Source: an uncultured Anaerolineales bacterium
Lineage (GTDB): Bacteria; Chloroflexota; Anaerolineae; Anaerolineales; UBA11858
NCBI GenBank assembly: GCA_964344175.1
Contig: CAYFMI010000003.1
Location: 1,425 to 65,424 of the forward strand
Reading direction: 5' to 3'
Length of the DNA: 64,000 bases
Under the pieces are notes generated by a model. That model saw only the letters and a program-made list of their open reading frames with translations. It was not told the DNA's origin and did no database searches. This document shows, one piece after another, positions 63,032 through 64,000 of this stretch (within the stretch, counting starts at the first letter, position 1; each line of letters starts with the position of its first letter). Both the position numbers and the translations under genes were made by a program.

Positions 63032-64000
63032 TTACAGTGCCGCCAGACGCCGCTTCTCAACCGAATCTAATAACGCGGTAAAGGCATCTGCGAATGCCCG
63101 GACACCCTGATCCTCCAATTCCTGCGTGACTTCGCCCATTGCAATTCCCAGCCCCCGGAGATCATCAAACGCCGCGCTCGCTTCATCCAGGTCGCTTTCC
63201 AGTGTTAACGCGGCTGTGCCATGATCTCGAAAGGTATTTAGTGTTTTTGGCGGCACTGTGTTAACGGTCTGTGGGCCGATCAGGGCATCGACATATAAAG
63301 TATCGGGATAGGCGGGGTTTTTCGTGCTGGTGGAAGCCCATAATGGGCGCTGAAGCCGAGCGCCGTTGGCGGCTAAATGTTCCCAGCGTTCCCCATCGAA
63401 AACTTCCTTGTGGTAGGCATAGGCCAATTTAGCGTTGGCAATAGCGATCTTCCCCAGCAAGCCCGTTGCCTTTTCAGATCGTCCATCTGCCGCGTCGACG
63501 AGTAATTGCAAACGTGCATCGACATTCGAATCAATGCGCGAGACAAAAAACGAAGCTACCGAGGCAATGCTCCCCAGCGATCCGCCGGCTGCTAAATGTT
63601 GTTCCAAACCTTGCAAATAGGCCTCCATCACTTCGTCATACCGTTGAAGCGAGAAGATTAAGGTCACATTGACGTTAATCCCCGCGGCGATGGTGCGCCT
63701 TACTGCCGGGAGACCCTCTTTTGTGGCAGGAATCTTAATCATCAAGTTTGGCCGCGCCACCAAATCCCACAACCGGGCCGCGTCCGTCACTGTCCCCTCG
63801 GTATCATTAGCCAAAAAGGGGCTGACTTCCAGGCTGACATACCCATCATCCCCTTTATTGGCTTCGTAGAGCGGCAAAAATAAATCGCAGGCCGCTTGAA
63901 TATCGGCAATCGCCAGCGATTCATAGATTTGCTCACGGGTAAGACCCTTTTTTGCCAAGGGGATCAGAGCAGCATCGTAATCGGCAGAATTCACGATGGC
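63032..64000 (-). CDS. tal: Transaldolase; the N-terminus probably lies beyond the right window edge
   Basis: ...[17 protein letters not shown]..., Schiff-base Lys in [22 protein letters not shown]. The frame is open to the window end. Confidence 0.85.
   Translation of the reverse strand, partial: AIVNSADYDAALIPLAKKGLTREQIYESLAIADIQAACDLFLPLYEANKGDDGYVSLEVSPFLANDTEGTVTDAARLWDLVARPNLMIKIPATKEGLPAVRRTIAAGINVNVTLIFSLQRYDEVMEAYLQGLEQHLAAGGSLGSIASVASFFVSRIDSNVDARLQLLVDAADGRSEKATGLLGKIAIANAKLAYAYHKEVFDGERWEHLAANGARLQRPLWASTSTKNPAYPDTLYVDALIGPQTVNTVPPKTLNTFRDHGTAALTLESDLDEASAAFDDLRGLGIAMGEVTQELEDQGVRAFADAFTALLDSVEKRRLAAL

Noticed and set aside
1-64000. Window-wide scan for CRISPR arrays, rRNA, transposases, integrases, phage genes, reverse transcriptases and toxin-antitoxin pairs
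   Set aside because: None were found. There are no regularly spaced direct repeats, no DDE/tyrosine/serine recombinase motifs, and no YxDD reverse-transcriptase motif in any ORF of the supplied track.

Overview
Gene-dense chromosomal backbone with about 55 protein genes and one tRNA, on both strands. There is no rRNA, CRISPR array, transposase, integrase or phage gene. Many genes overlap by 4 nt (ATGA/TTGA). Protein-level resemblance suggests a Chloroflexota (Anaerolineae-like) bacterium, but this is inference only and no search was run.

Content, left to right:
- Partial GT4 glycosyltransferase, tRNA-Thr(CGU), uridine kinase, DedA, M20 peptidase.
- A dCache-HAMP-GAF-PAS histidine kinase with an OmpR-type regulator.
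- A Liv-type branched-chain amino-acid ABC transporter (binding protein, 2 permeases, 2 ATPases) and a CBS/ACT protein.
- A DnaQ-exonuclease::DinG helicase fusion.
- A cell-envelope block: PD40 / CarboxypepD_reg / DUF1287 secreted protein, M23 peptidase, GT4-methyltransferase-GT4, and a secreted protein made of four internal repeats.
- Proline dehydrogenase, a class-A beta-lactamase-fold hydrolase, polyprenyl synthase, TatD, phosphohexomutase.
- A cysteine desulfurase-MnmA pair, S9 peptidase, TrmI, NUDIX CoA pyrophosphatase, ribosomal protein L25/Ctc.
- Nucleoside phosphorylase, metallophosphoesterase, S41 peptidase, LCP protein, SmpB, phytol-kinase-like protein, HutH, IscA, DUF3048 protein, APH(6)-like kinase, DUF4342 protein and a partial transaldolase.

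Most unusual points:
1. A three-gene operon (40676-49355) encodes a small membrane protein, a ~1793-aa all-TPR protein, and a 983-aa protein without a signal peptide that carries a gingipain/C25-like (clan CD, caspase-fold) His/Cys protease domain.
2. A perfect 26-bp palindrome sits between divergent genes just upstream of that operon.
3. A TATAAT-N6/7-ATG arrangement recurs and implies leaderless mRNAs.
4. The exonuclease-DinG fusion keeps all four Fe-S cysteines.
5. A tail-anchored protein is built from 15-residue solenoid-like repeats.

All functional calls rest on motifs read from the supplied translations. No database search was run.
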